From assembly GCF_963921235.1 (NCBI RefSeq), contig NC_086097.1, forward strand, positions 253,396,001 to 253,460,000: a DNA stretch of 64,000 nucleotides, read 5' to 3'. This stretch comes from Mobula hypostoma. Taxonomy: Eukaryota. How positions within the stretch are numbered: position 1 is the stretch's first letter; each line of letters opens with the position of its first letter. The translations under genes were made by a program, and so were the position numbers. Below the pieces are notes generated by a model. That model did not search any database and was not told where the DNA came from. It was given only the letters and a program-made list of their open reading frames with translations. Shown here one piece after another: positions 60,580-64,000 of this stretch.

Positions 60580-63458
60580 TAATGCAAGAACCATCATGAA
60601 CAAAGTGGATGAGCTTAAAGTGTGGATCAGTAATTGGAGCTATGATGTTGTGGCCATTACAGAGACTTGGATGGCTCAGGGACAGGAATGGTTACGTAGA
60701 GTGCCAGGCTTTAGATGTTTCAGAAAAGACAGGGAAGAAGGCAAAAGAGGTGGGGGTGTGGCACTGTTGATCAGAGATGGTGTCACGGCTGCAGAAAAGG
60801 AGGAAGTCATGGAGGGATTGTCTACGGAGTCTCTGTGGGTGGAGGTTGGGAATAGGAAGGGTTCAGTAACTCCACTGGGTGTTTTTATAGACCACCCAAT
60901 AGTAACAGGGACATGGAGGAGCAGATAGGGAGACAGATTCTGGAAAGATGTAATAATAACGAGGTTGTTGTGATGGGAGATTTTAATTTCCCAAATATTG
61001 ATTGGCATCTCCCTAGAGGGAGGGGTTTAGATGGGGTGGATTGTTAGATGTGTTCAGGAAGGTTTCTTGACTCAATATGTAGATAAGCCTACAAGAGGAG
61101 AGGCTGTACTTGATCTGGTATTGGGAAATGAACTTGGTCAGGTGTCAGGTCTCTCAGTGGGAGAGCATTTTGGAGATAGCGATCACAATTCTATCTCCTT
61201 TACCATAGCATTGGAGAGGGATAGGAACAGACAAGTTAGGAAAGTGTTTAATTGGATTAAGGGGAAATATGAGGCTATCAGGCAGGAACTTGGAAGCATA
61301 AATTGGAAACGATATTCTCAGGGAAATGTACTGCAATAATGTGGCAAATTTTCAGGGAATATTTGCGTGGCATTCTGCATAAGTACGTTCCAATGAGATG
61401 GGAAGGATGGTAGGGTACAGGAACTTTGGTGTACAAAGGCTGTTGAAAATCTCATCAAGAAGAAAAGAAAAGCTTACGAAAGGTTCAAAAAGCTAGGTAA
61501 TGATAGAGATCTAGAAGATTATAAGGCTCGCAGAAAGGAGTTTAAGAATGAAATTATGAGAGCCAGAAGGGGCCATGAGAAGACCTTAGCGAGCAGGATT
61601 AAGGAAAACCCCAAGGCATTCTACAAGTATGTGAAGAGCAAGAGGATAAGATGTGAGAGAATAGGACCAATCTAGTGAGACAGTGGAAAAGTGTCTATGG
61701 AATTGGAGGAGATAGCAGAGGGTCTTAATGAATACTTTGCTTCAATATGCACTGCGGAAAAGGATCTTGGCGGTTGTAGGAATGACTTACAGTAGATTGA
61801 AAAGCTTGAGCATATAAACATTATGAAAGAGGATGTGCTGGAGCCTTTGGAAAGCATCAAGTTGGATAAGTCACCGGGACCGGAGGAGATGTACCACAGG
61901 CTACTGTGGGAGGTGAGGGAGGAGATTGTGGAGCCTCTGGCGCTGATCTTTACATCATCAATGGGGGGAGAGGTTCCTTAGGATTGGAGAGTTGCAGATG
62001 TTGTTCCCTTATTCAAGGAAGTGAGTAGAGACAGGGAAAGGATGCTAGGGTACAGGAAGTGCGGTGTACAAAGGCTGTTGACAGACCAGTGAGTCTTACT
62101 TCAGTGGTTGGTAAGTTGATGGAAAAGATCCTGAGAGGCAGGATTTATGAACATTTGAAGAGGCATAATATGATTAAGAATAGTCAGCGTGGCTTTGTCG
62201 AAGGCAAGACGTGCCTCATGAGCCTGATTGAATTTTTTGAAGATGTGACTAAAAACGTTGATGAAGGTAGAGCAGTAGATGTAGTGTGTATGGATTTCAG
62301 CAAGGCATTTGATAAGGCACCCCATGCAAGGCTCAGTGAGAAAGTAAGGAGGCTCGGGATCCAAGGGGACATTGCTTTGTGGATCCGGAATTGGCTTGCC
62401 CACAGAAGGCAAAGAGTTGTTGTAGACAGGTCATATTCTGCATGGAGGTCAGTGACCAGTGGTGTGCCTCAGGGATCTGTGCTGGGACCCTTACTCTTCG
62501 TGATTTTTATAAATGACCTGGACGAGGAAGTGGAGGGATGGGTTAGTAAATTTGCTGATGACACAAAGGCTGGGGGGTGTTGTGGATAGTGTGGAGGGCT
62601 GTCAGAGGTTACAGCGGGACATTGATAGGATGCAAAACTGGGCTGAGAAGTGGCAGATGAAGTTCAACGCAGATAAGTGTGAGGTGGTTCATTTTGGAAG
62701 GTCAAATATGATGGCAGAATATAGCATTAATGGTAAGACTCTTGGCAGTGTGGAGGATCAGAGGGATCTTGGGGTCCGAGTCCATAGGACACTCAAAGCA
62801 GCTGCGCTGGTTGACTCTGTGGTTAAGAAGGCATACAGTGCATAGGCCTTCATCAATTATGGGTTTGAGTTTAAGTGCTGAGAGGTAATGTTACAGCGAT
62901 ATAGGACCCTGGTCAGACCCTACTTGGAGTACTGTGCTCATTTCTGGTCACCTCACTACAGGAAGGATGTGGAAACTATAGAAAGGGTGCAGAGGAGATT
63001 TACAAGGATGTTGCCTGGATTGGGGAGCATGCCTTATGAAAACAGGTTGAGTGAACTTAGCCTTTTCTCGTTGGAGTGACGGAGGATGAGAGGTGACCTG
63101 ATAGAGGTGTATAAGATGATGAGAGGCATTGATTGTGTGGATAGTCAGATGCTTTTCCCCAGGGCTGAAATGGCTAACATGAGAGGGCACAGTTTTAAGG
63201 TGCTTGGAAGCAGGTACAGAGGAGATGTCAGGGGTAAGTTTTTTACGCAGAGAGTGGTGAGTGCGTGGAATGGGCTGCCGGCAACGGTGGTGGAGGCGGA
63301 TACGATAGGGTCTTTTAAGAGACTCCTGGATAGGTACATGGAGTTTAGAAGAATAGAGGGCTATGGGTAACCCTAGCTAAATTCTAAAGTAAGAACATGT
63401 TCGGCACAGCTTTGTGGGCCGAAGGGCCTGTATTGTGCTGTAGGTTTTCTATGTTTCT
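60580..63458 (+). mobile_element. CR1 LINE, near-complete but inactivated ORF2 plus 3' end
   Basis: APE (NARTIMNKVDEL..YDVVAITETW) through RT ([32 protein letters not shown]), with stops and frameshifts; tail ttttctatgtttcta. Confidence 0.92.
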
Positions 63459-63546
63459 ATTCCTGATAATTTCATATTTTGCTCAGGAAAACTGAGGGGC
63501 TGTTTTGGAGAGTGTCATGAGATTTTTTTTCTCTTTTCTATTTCAG

Positions 63547-63659
63547 CTGACTGAACTGAATACATTTTTCTTGAAACATATCTTTGTGTTTCAAGCGAGC
63601 CACGCCCTGAGTTATGGTCGAATCCTCTTTATTGGTGTGATCACGGCGCCTACTGTACG
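63547..63659 (+). CDS. PTDSS1: PTDSS1 exon 8 (113 bp); gene continues beyond the right edge
   Basis: tttcag|CTG...CG|gtaaag; [38 protein letters not shown]. Confidence 0.96.
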
Positions 63660-64000
63660 GTAAAGAAACTTTACATTTTGTATAAAAACTCTCTGGTCTC
63701 CTGTGGTGTTTATAAATGAAGATGGGTCATTTTCTCTTCTTCATCAAGAGTCTGCTTATTTGTTATACTCTATTTTTCCCGAAGTTACCCATTGCCTCTT
63801 CCTGTCCTCATTTCTTCTCATTGCTGTATAAACATCATACACAATCTCCTGCTTCCGTTGTTCTTGTTCTGTTTCGTGAACCCATCAATCTAGAACACAA
63901 CATTACAGCACAGATAATAAACACGAGATTCTGTAGATGCTGCAAATCCAGAGCAACACACACAAAATGCCGGAGGAACTCAGCAGGCCAGGCAGCATCT

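Noticed and set aside
60580..63458. Active full-length CR1
   Set aside because: Multiple stops and frameshifts, and ORF1 and the 5' UTR are missing.

Overview
Eukaryotic (vertebrate) genomic DNA. The repeat families point to a cartilaginous fish, probably a ray or shark; that is an inference. The window holds the head-to-head gene pair MTERF3 (minus strand; 5 coding exons at 32485->3118, 3' end beyond the left edge) and PTDSS1 (plus strand; coding exons 1-8 at 35499->63659, 3' end beyond the right edge). They share a GC/CpG-rich bidirectional promoter at about 34.7-35.9 kb. All internal splice junctions of the 13 coding exons are GT-AG and keep the reading frame. The introns are mostly decayed, often nested mobile elements: CR1 LINEs, Rex1/Babar- and L2-like LINEs, Penelope-like elements (PLEs), a Gypsy remnant, a solo LTR, a Tc1 transposon, tRNA-derived SINEs and a MITE. 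Most ORF-track entries are fragments or antisense shadows of these. The most notable non-coding signal is a family of minimal type-I hammerhead ribozyme motifs (AGTC-CTGACGA-A-GGGTCTCGGCCC-GAA-ACGT-C-GACT) carried by PLE ends. It includes an ORF-less tandem pair of intact cores 202 nt apart (retrozyme-like, candidate circular RNA) and an inverted-repeat pair. Also notable are a structured RTE-type element with twister-like motifs whose 3' tail is shared with a tRNA-SINE, and a ~40-copy 33-bp minisatellite that grew inside a SINE. Repeat boundaries are read by eye and are approximate unless a TSD is given.
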